64,000 nucleotides of DNA, taken from assembly GCA_043228905.1 (NCBI GenBank), contig JBHGNT010000022.1, positions 2,232,001 through 2,296,000 on the forward strand, read 5' to 3'. The position numbers and the translations under genes were made by a program. The notes below the pieces were generated by a model. It ran no database searches. It saw only the letters and a program-made list of their open reading frames with translations, and had not been told where the DNA came from. Source of the DNA: Azolla caroliniana. Lineage: Eukaryota; Plantae; Polypodiophyta. Positions 11,710 through 23,330 of this stretch are shown here, one piece after another (the first letter of the stretch is position 1; the number at the start of each line of letters is the position of its first letter).

Positions 11710-14700
11710 GGCCGAGAGGTTTGGTGAATATATTGACAACTTATCATTTTGTCGAAACATGCGTAAGTTCGACTTCACCGGAAAGGACTTGCTCATGGAT
11801 GAAGTGATAGTGCACCTCAATGTGCTTTGTCGGGGCATGGAAGACGGGGTTCTTTGCTAGCTGGACATTGATGAGGTTGTCACAATATATTACTATTGGC
11901 ATGGACAACTCCATCTGTAGATCCTTCAATAGCCTCTTGGTGTTAGGAGCAGTACTAAGACAGAGAAGTACTGTCAAGAACAATACTAAAATAGAGAAGG
12001 AATTAGTACTAAAAGATGAGAATTAGTACTACGGGAGGTGTAGAACTCTCGAGAGAAGGAGAAAGTGAGTGAGAGAGAGAGATTGAGAGAGAGAGAGAGA
12101 GAATGAGGATAACAAAAGATATATATTATGTTAAGGGAATATACAATAGTAGCTAGGAGGCTTAAGACTGGCGTTGAACCGATTTGGTTTGAAATAATGC
12201 CTTGTGCCTCCTTTTATAGTGTTCTTAGGAATACCCCTCAAGTTTCTAGAATGTTCCTGAGAAATTTGGAATATACATCAATTTTCTATAGTAAAACTTA
12301 AATGAAAATAACATCTTTTGTATTACAATACATAGCCTAATGGTAAGAGCTTGACGTATGTAACCTAAGGTCATGGGTTCGAGTCTTTGCTATATTATGA
12401 CACTATCCCCCCTTTAAAACGACGAGTGTCACGAGTCGTTTTGGATTGAGAACCCGGTTTGTCTGGATATTGACGATGGAAGTCTTCAAGAAGAGCACGA
12501 GCATTGGTCACATTCTCTATTGGTTCCCAAGTACGCCCACTGGAACTATATCCTAGCCAATCGACTAAATAGTAGAGCTTGTTGCGAACAATCTTGGAAT
12601 CGAGGATGACGACAATCTCGTACTTAGGTCCATCTTCAAGCTCGATCGGGGGTGGAGGTTGTTTAATACAACATGGGATGGTGTTGTCTTGATAGGGTTC
12701 GAGGAGAGAACTATGAAACACCAGATGTATCCAAAGTTGTGGAGGTAGATCGAGACGAAAAGCGACATCATTAATTTTTCCGATAATATGGAAAGGACCT
12801 AATCACCAGTAATCCAACTTCTTGCATGGGCGAGTAGTCTTGATGTGTCGTCGTAGTAGCCACACCCGATCTCAAATGTCAAAACTAGATGGAAGCCGAT
12901 GACGATCCGCGTAAACCTTGTGTGTTTGTTGATCTTGCTGTAGATGAGTAGATAAATCTGCTTGTATCTTATGTAGCCATTCCAAACGATCCTCTACACA
13001 AGGATTTGTAGGTAACTCTGGGGTTTCAAATACACACCACCGGGGGTGACAACCCGTGTAAGCATAAAATGGTGTCACCTTTGTCGATGAGTGGACAGAG
13101 TTATTATACGCAAATTCGGCGAAGTGGAGAATATCTGCCTAGTCATCTTGATGATAGCTTAAAAAGCACCGAAGATACTGCTCCAACATTTGATTTGTTC
13201 GTTCTGCTTGGCCGTCTGTTTGCGGGTGGTAGCCGGAGGAGAGGTTACAAGTGACCTTAAGCATTTTAAAGAGGTGCTTCCAGAACTTTGAGACGACTTG
13301 GGGTCCACGGTCGCTGATGATACTATCGGGAAGGCCATGATGCCGACGTACTTTATGCATGACAATTTCAGCGGTTTCTTCACTGGAGATTTCCTTAGTA
13401 CATGGCAGGAAATGGGCCATCTTCGTATATCGATCTACTATTGTTAAGATAGCATTGAATCCCTTAGAGAGCGGAAGATCTATGATGAAATCTAGGGCAA
13501 TGGATTGCCATGGCTTGCTTGGAATTGGTAATGGTTCTAACAAACCATATGGATGATTCCTTGGCATTTTTGCTCTGCAACATGTATCACAAGTCTGAAC
13601 AAAATCTTCGAGAAATTGTCGCATATGGGGCCACCAGAAGGACCGTTGTACTAAATCTAGTGTTTTAGTACTACCAAAATGCCCAGCTGTATATGTGTCA
13701 TGAAAATTTTGGACTATTGGAAGGCGACAAGTACCATTAGGAACCTACAAGAGTTTCTTAAAGAATAGTAATCCATCATGACATTCGAATTGTCAATAGT
13801 CCGTACCTGGTTGTTGCGATTGTGAACAAGATGCTCGAGAGGGATCAATTTGTGCTAGAATTGCTTGAGCGAAAAAATTTGTCTTCAAGTCCTCACATAT
13901 GGTATTGATAACGTGGGGATCCAAGGGCATACCGAAGACCTGTGTTGCTTGCAGTCGTGCCGGTCCCAAGATTACTTGCTTTTGGTTATCGAAAGCCGGC
14001 TCGCCGGGACGCGGTGCTAGATATGAACGCCGTGATAATGCATCTGCCTTCCCTTGTGGCTTCCTTGGATGATATGTAATTTTGAAATCGAAACGAGTGA
14101 GGAATTGGGCCCACCAAGCTTGATGTCGATTTAACACACGAGCATTCTAAAAGTAGGCAATGTTTTTGTGATCACTGAATACGATGACTTGATGAGAAGA
14201 CCCCTCTAGAAAATGCCTCCATTGCGTAAAAGAATTCACTATTGCTAATAGCTCCTTATCATGAATTTCATAGTTGATTTCCACGGCGTCAAACTTGCGA
14301 GAATGCTACCCAAGGCGAAATACGACGTGTCTGCTTCAATGATGAATGGTTTTTCTGGATCAACATGAGCTAAAATAAGAGCTGATGTAAATGCCTTCTT
14401 AAGACTCTCAAAAGAACTGTCTGCTTCTTCAGACCAAACGAATGATTTTCCCTTCCTGGTAAGTTGTGTGAGACGCAGAACAAGCTTTGAGTAATACTGT
14501 ATAAACTTGCGGTAAAAATTGGCAAAGCCTAAAAAGCATTGCACATCTCACAACGAACGTAGAGTCTGCCACTCTACCACCGTTTTGACCTTAGCTGGAT
14601 CCATGGAGATGCCTTCCAAGGATATGACATAGCCCAAAAACTCTACTTGGTTGCACTCGAAACTACATTTTTCGAGTTTTCCATAAAGAGCATGTTCTCG

Positions 14701-16558
14701 AAGCCGTTTTAGTACTAACAGTACATCAGAATCATGCTCTTCTTGGGTCTTTGAATAAACCAGTAGATCATCCAAATAGATGATCAAAAAATCATCCAAG
14801 AGACCTCGAAATATATCATTTGCCCTGTGTTGGAACACTGCTGGCGCATTATTGAGGCCAAGTGGCATGACCGTATACTCGAAGTGCCCATATCTGGTGC
14901 GAAACGCAGTCTTCCATTAATCTCCTAGTGAGATCCGTACGAGGTTATATGCTCCTCGTAAGTCGATCTTTGTGAAGAAACTTGCATCATTGATCCTTTC
15001 TAAAAGACTTGAGATAAGAGGAAGTGCATACGTATTCCTGATGGTGACTTTATTCAACCCACGGTAATCTACGACGAGACGAAGTGATCCATCCTTTTTC
15101 TTGACGAAGAAAATGGGTGCGCCGGTTGGAGATTTCGAATGTCGAATGAAACCATTTGCCAAATTCTCCTCTATATAGGCTCAAAGGACTTCGAGCTCGG
15201 TTGGTGACAAATTGTAGATTGGTTCCCATTGTGGCTATTTTCCCGGTTGTAAATCGATGGGGCAATCATACGATCGATGGTGAGGAAGTGTATTGGCTCG
15301 TACTTTATCGAACACATCAGCATAATGACGATACTTCTCTGGAAGTTGAATGGTGGACTCCTCTTTATTGATTCTGGAGGGGTCTACTTATATTGCAGAG
15401 AGAAACATTTCTTCCTTGCGTCTTTCCTCACGCAACTGATGTAGCCAAATGGTTGCAATCTTATGAGTAGATCCTCGGGTTTGTCAACACCGTATTTCTC
15501 CTTTTCTCCAATCTATGGCTGGGTTATGTAATTCGAACCATGGTAATCCCAAAACAATGGGATGTTCTGGGATACTAATTATATTAAATGATACAACACA
15601 CACTAAGTTATCTAGGACAATATTAACGGGTTCTAACTCTTCTATAATATTCCCGGAAGCAATGGGATGACCATCAATGACTACTACATAGGCTGGACAT
15701 GGGAGTTTCTTTAGGGATATCTGATGACCTTGGGCAAAATTCCTATCCATGAAGCAAGAGTTGGATCCGGAATCTAAGAGTGCCAAGACATGTACTGGAG
15801 GAGTACTTTTAGTACTAACCATTACTTGAGCTAAGAACACATTGCTAACTTGCTTAGAGGAAATGGAACCACTAATGGGCTGCACAAATCTAGGGTTGTC
15901 CAACCAAACGGCTCCTATTTTGGCTAGACTTAATTGTTTAACTCTTCTTTTAGTTGACTAAGGATTTCAAATTTGTTTGAAAGGGTGGGGCAATTAGGAC
16001 TATGAGACACACCCAAAGGAATAGACTCGGGTTTAGTACTATTAGTACTAGCAGTTATTTGATTTACTTGCCTTTTTGGCCGATGGGGACAGTTCACTAC
16101 AATATGCCCCAGTCCACCGCAATAAAGAGATAATCAATTTGCCCTACGTCGCTGCTTTTCTTCTTCCGATAGTAGTTCGCGATGACGTGCGGTGTTGATT
16201 TCCATTGGTGTCAGAGTATTTGTTGGAGACGTATTGAATGAATCCCTTGGGAAAGGCTTTGCTACGATTGAAGCGTAGGTGGGCTCCGATCTTGTCCGTG
16301 GCATTTGGAACTGACATTCCGTTCGAAGAGGCAATTATTGCATCGCACCGCACTTCTTATTGGTTCTGTTAATGACTCTGGCTCCCCGGGGAAAGTTAAG
16401 AGTAAATCTTTAACATCATTACGTAGGCCAAAACGAAATTGCTCCATTAGTGCCTGGTCATCCTAGGGAATATCGGTGGCAAGAAGACAGAAATCCGCAA
16501 CATAAGCCGAGGTTGGCTGCTCACCTTGGCGCAATCTTCGGATTTTGTTGATTGTTGT

Positions 16559-19500
16559 TGTTGAGAGACAAGCTCAACATTGAGTGCGTAATATGGCGCG
16601 TAACCCAGTGTGTCGACTGGATGCATAAGTTAGTACGCACAACCTGGCCATATCAATGCGTAAACCGAAAGGTCGTTAGAGAGATATTCCTCGTAAGGAA
16701 TAATTTTGGGAGTGAGTGTCGAGGCTCATTTATGAGCAATCAAGTACTGTCAGTACTTGTGTCAACCCGATTGTTAGGGCTTGTATAAAAGGTGCTCACT
16801 GAGCACGGTGTATGTATAGAGAGCCATTTATTTTGAATCTGAGTTTTTACATTGTCTACTCTCTCACTCTTTGTCTCTCCCTCTCCCTCTCCATTTCTGT
16901 GTTTTACCGAATTGTCTTATTCCTCCGAACTATGTAGTCTATGTTTACACACACGCTTCTGCACAACGTATTCTTTTACATGGTATCAGAGCGAGAGGGT
17001 TGAGGTCCTCTGCAGTCGACAAGAAAAGTTTGTGATGAAATAGAGTTGAAATTGTTCGCTTTTGGAGAAGAAAAAGACAGTGCTATGAACAGAGGAATGG
17101 GAACCTAACTTTCGACTGAAAAGCTTGACAAAAGCAACTACACATCTTGGTCTTACAAGTAGCACCAGTACCTACTCGGCCATGGCTACTGGAGTTATGT
17201 CGAAGGAGCAAATGATGTGGCACCCGACTCGACACACAGTGACTATCCGGCTTGGGAATAAGCGGCAAGCAGAGTGTTGTACTGCTTCGCATCCTGTGTG
17301 AGCGATCAACTTTTGAGCTATATTCGGGATGCCAAGACACCGAAGGACGCGTGCGCAAATCTCAAAAGAATTTTTGCCGCCAACACAATGGCCAGAAAGC
17401 TGTAGCTCAGACAGGAGCTCAACAATGTACGACAAAGAAATATGTTGGTGGCTGATTACACCACCAAGATCAAAGAAATTTGCGACTCTCTCACCTCCGT
17501 CAACGTGAACATCGAGGAAGATGAAATGGTGCAGGTTTGTCTTGGTGGCTTGGCGTCAAAGTTCGGACCTTTCCAAACGACAATCTGCACGAGGGAGATT
17601 ACGCCTTCGTTTTTCGAGCTTCAGTCAATGTTTCTCATAGAAGAAAACCACGGGGGTGCGTCGACGAGTGCGCACGATGATGGCAAGATGCTTTACATGG
17701 AGGATGATAGGCCCCGTGGTCGTGGTGGACGAGGTGGATCTGCGCGCAATGGAGGAGGCCAAAAAGAGCAGAATGTACAGCATAATCGAGATGCCGGAAG
17801 CAATTCCGAATGCTCCACAAGCAAGGGAAATCATGGCGGCGCCGGAAGACGGCAAGAGAAGACCGTGCCGGATTGCTGGTACTGTGGCAAGAAAGGCCAC
17901 AAGGAAAGCGAGTGCTGGAAAAAGCGGGCCAATTCGGACAAAGCTGGATCGAGCGGAAGAGGAGCAAAAAGGTGTCAGAAGTCGCACTTCGTAGAACGCT
18001 CGGAACGAGTCGGGGATGGAGCGGGCCCTGCCTTCGTAATGAAGCATAAAGCCAAGTCAATGGTCGTGAACACCTCGAAATCAAGCGAGGTGTGGTATGT
18101 CGATTCCGGAGCGTCAAATCATATGACGAGTCACGAGGAATGGTTCTCGTACTTGGAGAATCCAGAATCACAAGGGGTTGTCGAAATGGGAGATGACACC
18201 CCGCATACCATCAAACGTGTCGGTGAAGTTCCCCTCAGCCACATCGGGGAGAAAGGGAAACTCATGAACGTGTTGCATGTCCCGACAATAACGAAGAACC
18301 TAGTGTTAATCGGTCAGATAATCGACCAAGGTATGTAAGTTCGATTCACGCATCTCAGCTGCTTCATAGAAGAGGAAGGCAAAGTAATCGCACAAGGGTG
18401 CTATGAAGGGAGGATGTTTATCCTCGACACTAATCAAGCTGGAATCGCGTTGTACGCGAAAGGACAAAAGGTCGAATCGGATATCGACCTGTGGCACAAG
18501 CAGTTTGGCCACGTAAATTTCCCACGGCTTCGTGAGATGTAGACGAAGAACATTGTTTTCGGGTTACCGAAATTTCGTGGCCGGAATGGCCAAGTCTGCG
18601 AAGGTTGTCAGATGGGAAAACAACACCGACTTCCATTCCCTAATGAGCGTAATCGTAGTCGAAGTCCGCTGGATTTGATCCATTCGGATGTGTGGGGTCC
18701 GGCACAGAACGTGAGTCTCGATGGAAGCCGTTACTTTGTAACCTTCATTGACGACTTCACTCGGCACATGTGGGTATGCACAATCGTGAAGAAGAACGAA
18801 GTCTTCGCATGTTTCCTGAAGGTAAAGAGCCTTGTGGAAAGGGAAATGGGGCGTAAGGAGTAGTTCTCCGATCAATTCACAAGTTATCTACAGAAGGAGG
18901 GAATTCGACGTGAATTCTCGTGTAGATATACGCCGGAGCAGAACGATGTAGCCGAGCGGAAGAATCGGACGATTGAAGAAGCGGCCAGGGCAATGCTTGA
19001 AGAGAAGCATATGCCGAAATTCTATTGGGCCGAAGCCGTGAAGACGGCTATCTACCTTCAGAATTGGACTTCTGCTAATGGAGGAGTGTCGCTACATGAG
19101 CTGTATTTCGGGAAGAAGCCGAACTTGGCACACTTGAGGATCTTCGGCAACATCGCGTATGTGGACGTGTTGAAGGAGAAAAGGAGGAAACTGGATGCTA
19201 AAGCTGAGAAATGTATCTTGGTCGGCTATTCAGATGAGCAGAAAGGGTATAAAGTGTGATAACCCTCGAACAAAGGAAGTACGCGTAAGCCACGACGTTG
19301 TGTTCGACGAGTCCGCTTCGTGGTACCTGCCTTCTCCTCCAAAACCTCATGACTCCATTCCGATTTCTAAAGAAGAAATCAGCGAGGCTGAAATGCCTCC
19401 GCATGATGAGGATGTCGGAGCTATGAGAGAGAGTCCGATCTCATTTCGACTAAGCGGGCCAAATGAGGGGTTGGGCTGAGATGGCCAACCAGATAATGAG

Positions 19501-19605
19501 ACGGGGAGTAGTGGAGACTCGGATGTGCATTCCCTGCGCAAGAAGCCAAGGAGATGGCTTACGCGCAAGGAAAAAGGCAAGAAGAAAATGCCGAAATACG
19601 ATTGT
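16559..19605 (+). mobile_element. Ty1/Copia element D, 3'-truncated (LTR, PBS, gag, protease, integrase)
   Basis: LTR TGTTGAG...TTTTACA at 16559-16980. PBS TGGTATCAGAGC at 16981-16992. CWYCGKKGHKESEC zinc knuckle, WYVDSGASNHMT, DLIHSDVWGP, KAEKCILVGYS. RT, RH and 3' LTR are absent. Confidence 0.9.
16981..16992 (+). promoter_or_regulatory. tRNA-iMet primer-binding site of Copia D
   Basis: TGGTATCAGAGC directly after the LTR terminal CA. Confidence 0.95.
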
Positions 19606-21526
19606 AGAGAGATGAGTACTAATTCTCATCAGTGCGTCAACCGAAAGGCCGTTAGAGAGACGGCTTACGCACTGATGAGAAAATAGAGAAGGAATTAGTA
19701 CTAAAAGATGAGAATTAGTACTACGGGAGGTGTAGAACTCTCGAGAGAAGGAGAAAGTGAGTGAATGAGAGAGATTGAGAGAGAGAGAGAGAATGAGGAT
19801 AACAAAAGATATATATTATGTTAAGGGAATATACAATAGTAGCTAGGAGGCTTAAGATTGGCGTTGAACCGATTTGGTCCGAAATAATGCCTTGTGCCTC
19901 CTTTTATAGTGTTCTCAGGAATACTCCTGAAGTTTCTAGAATGTTCCTGAGAAATTTGGAATATACATCAATTTTCTATAGTAAAACTTAAATGAAAATA
20001 ATATCCTTCGTATTACAATACATAGCCTAATGGTAAGAGCTCGACCCATGTAACATAAGGTCATGGGTTTGAGTCTTTACCATATCATGACACTTGGGAC
20101 AAATGGCTTTGCATGTCGCAACAACGGCTTCCATATATTTAGCCTCAGTCCTTGAAAATGCAACTGTCGGCCTCTTTTTACTGCTCTAGGTGATCGCTGC
20201 GCTTCCCAAAGAAAACGCAAATCCAGATGTAGAGCTACGATCACCGGCATTTCCGGCCCAATTTGCATTTGTGTTGCCGACCAACTGTTCGGCAACACCG
20301 GTCCGATATAGCATCGCCCTGTCCTTCGTGCTGCTTACATATCTCAAGATCCTTTGTATGCACATAAACAGACTGATCAAGCTGATTGGATAACTGAGGT
20401 CTGGATGGGTGATGGTAAGGTAGATAAGGGTTTTAACAATCTGTCAGAACCGTGTCAGTCCTCTGCTACGACAAAAACTGACTGATCAAGCTGATCGGAT
20501 AGCTAAGGTCCGGGTGGGTGATGGTCAGGTTGATAAGGCTTTTGACAATCTATCGGAACCGTGTCAGGCTGAACACCATTCCTGAACCTTGGCGAAGCGT
20601 CACGTTTCGGTCTAGAGGAATTGAGACGGATTAGCAATCCGTCATTCTGAACTTGAAGAGCATACTCAACCGATAATGACTTTGGCTAATCAGTATGCCT
20701 TCAAGGGTGCAGATCACTTTGATCCTGAGGAAGTACTGAAGGTCCCCCAGATCTTTCATTTCGATTAATGCAACAAGTTGGTACTTTACGCGACCAATTT
20801 CTTCTAGGTTGGCACTGACGATGACTATAGATAACAGATTTGTTCCAATCTATCTCTTTTTCTTTGGGCAGTTGGGCACCAATTAATCTTTACCACACCC
20901 TAGACACATTGATGCTTCTCTCTAGAACCACTCAATGAGGTCATGTGATTGTTCATTGAGACTTCGTGCTGGTGGTTGTGAGGGTGTTTCTGGTGGAGTG
21001 TATCGTGGTCGTTGTGCCATCTGGTTGTAATACTCATGTTTAGTTAGGCACTCACTAACCATGTGGCCCTTGGCAATCGAAACATTTCAATTTTTGCTTT
21101 CTTAGACCATTGTTGTTTTGATACCCCATCGGTGGGCATCCTTGTTCATCTTGTAGGACATAGACCGGTATTTGGTCACCTTCAAAATCTACGAAGTGGG
21201 AAAGCACCTCTTCTTCACCGATGTACTCTCCGTATGGGTTTTCATATTCTGCCCCCCCCCTCTTCCAACATGAGCTTGGTTGTCCATGGCATATTCAAGT
21301 TCGGCAAGGCGGGCTCCAACGCGAGGTAGTGGGGGTTGTTGAGGAAGTATTGCGGTTATTTGTGGGCGGCTCGGTCGTGGAGGTGATCGTGGGTGCTCTA
21401 CCATTGGTATTTGTTTGAACCTTCTATTTGGGGCTTGTGAACAATTTTCTTGGGAGTGCATCACGAAGGCCTCACTTACAATACTGGGCCATGTGTGATG
21501 ACCATGACACATCACACATTGTACGG

Positions 21527-22361
21527 TGTTAGAGACATGAACTAATGTAAGCATTAGATAAGGATAGAATATAGATAAATAGATAGAAAGGAAAGAGAGA
21601 AAGAAGGGTGCCAATCCACTCGACCACCCCCGAGCGAAAGGATCAAGACGGACTCGAGCCTTGATCGGCGTCCCATACCACTGTTGTGGCGTTGAGTTGT
21701 ACCTGGTGCTGGCGCGCTCGCTACAAGACTTGACCCACCACAAGACAGAGTCTCGACGTAGTCAACAAGATGCTAAAATGAGGGTAGCTAGACCTCTCAT
21801 TTATAGCGATACCCAAGGCCCCTAGGCAAGTTCACACTTGGTCTAATGGGTTGTCTCAATCCTGAGGATTAAAAGTAATCCTCCCCTTCTTTACACTCTC
21901 GTTAAACCCTCACACTTGTTGAGTGACAAGCTAAACATTGGGTGCGTAATACGGTGTGTAACCTAGTGCGTAGACCGGGTGTGTAAAACAGTACACATAA
22001 CATGGCCGTATCGGTGTGTAAACCGGAAGGCCATTAGTATGGTATTCCTCGTAAGGAATAATTTTGGGAGTTAGTGTAGTAGGCTCATTTATGAGCATTC
22101 AAGTACTGTCAGTACTTGTGTCAGCCCAATTGTCAGGGCTTGTATAAAAGGTGCTCATTGAGCACAATGTATATATACAGAGAGTCATTATTTTGAATTT
22201 GAGTTTATGTTTTCTGTGTTTTACCGAACTGTCTTATTCTTCCGAACTGTGTACTCTGTGTTTCTCATACGCTTCCGCACACGCTATTCTTTTACAACAC
22301 TTATCCACGTGTATAGAATACTGCGGTAAATTCTGACCACGGGATGTTATATGGTCATGCC
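21527..22361 (-). repeat. Solo LTR of the Met-primed chromovirus family; its last bases are displaced to 33564-33575
   Basis: Reverse complement of LTR 22362-22817. Near-perfect TSD TACGG (21522-21526) / TACCG (33576-33580). Interrupted by a Copia solo LTR and by a full element of its own family. Confidence 0.88.
21917..22296 (+). repeat. Solo LTR of the Copia D family
   Basis: TGTTGAG...TTTTACA, similar to 16559-16980, with perfect TSD ACACT on both sides. Confidence 0.93.
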
Positions 22362-23065
22362 TGTTACGGGCATGACCATTTAATATCCCGTGGTGAGAAT
22401 TTACCGTAGTATTCTATACACGTGGATAAGTGTGAGGGTTAAACGAGAGTGTAAAGAAGGGGAGGATTACTTTTAATCCTCAGGATTGAGACAACCCATT
22501 AGGTCAAGTGTGAACTTGCTTGGGGGCCTTGGGTATCGCTATAAATAAGAGGCCTAGCTACCCTCATTTGATCATCTTTTTGACTACATCGAGACTCAGC
22601 TCTTGTGGTGGGTCAACTCTTGTAGCGAGCGCACCAGCACCAGGTACGACTCGACGCCACGGCGGTGGTATGGGACGCCGATCGTGGCTCGAGTCCGTCT
22701 CGATCCCTTCGCTCAGGGGTGGTCGGGTGGATCGACACCCTTCTTTCTCTTTCTCCTTTCTACCTATCATTTGTTTATCCTTATCTTAAGCTTACTTTAG
22801 TACTTAGATCTCTAATATTTGGTATCCGATTGATGTACTAATGTTTCTTTGTTTTTCATTTGTCTTTTGATTGATGGTGATCGATCGATGTGCGGTCGGC
22901 CTTGATCCAGACAACGATCAACAAAGAATTTCGGTAACTCTTTCCATAATTTTTCTTTCTATTCTCTCTTCTCCCATCTAATCATGTGTTTAGTTTATAT
23001 GTCATTTTTTTTCATTAAGTCAATGATGTTGTAGTGGTCTTTAATTGATTATCTAAAACGTTTAC

Positions 23066-23330
23066 ATATGTGCACGAGGTCAATACCTCGTTTGACATAT
23101 TAATAATATGTGATGGGTGTCGTATGCGTACGAGGTTAATACCTCAATTACGTATTACATTCACGAACATATCTTACGTTTGCGTATGAGTTTAATACCT
23201 TGATTTGTTGTAAACGATATGCGGTTGGTCTCGTATGCGTAAGAGGTCAATACCTCAATTGCGTATTACGATGATCTCTTATTTGTGGATGTTTCGTGTG
23301 CGTAGAGGTATATACCTCGATTACGTATCT
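23066..23330 (+). repeat. Five ~56-bp spaced stem-loop units (core GAGGT-NNNN-ACCTC) in the chromovirus leader
   Basis: Cores start at 23076, 23132, 23188 (degenerate), 23243 and 23305, with divergent linkers. Confidence 0.8.

Larger units (their letters stand above)
11941..20092 (-). mobile_element. Tcn1-like chromovirus, copy 2 (contains Copia D; gag 5' end deleted)
   Basis: Perfect TSD CTTGG (11936-11940 and 20093-20097). 3' LTR 11941-12402, partial 5' LTR 19681-20092. PPT at 12403-12419. Degenerate gag-pol at 12395-16558. Confidence 0.9.
6026..20825 (-). mobile_element. Ty1/Copia element B, 5'-truncated, interrupted by two Tcn1-like insertions
   Basis: 3' LTR at 6026-6457. RNase H pieces at 7110-7188 and 11710-11940 (IYCDN...KNPVFHAPTKHIEVHYHFI). 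RT/RH at 20093-20825 (MKDLGDL, ANWAG..DRSSTSG). The pieces rejoin across the TSDs. Confidence 0.8.

Noticed and set aside
12325-12402. Functional tRNA gene
   Set aside because: A and B boxes are present, but acceptor and T stems do not form and there is no 7-nt anticodon loop.
22520-22800. Short ORFs repeated at 21189-21743, 22520-22800 and 33275-33623
   Set aside because: They recur only because they lie in copies of the same LTR.
23066-23330. CRISPR array interpretation of the palindromic repeat-spacer pattern
   Set aside because: Eukaryotic retrotransposon leader, degenerate repeats, no cas genes. Reported as a stem-loop array instead.
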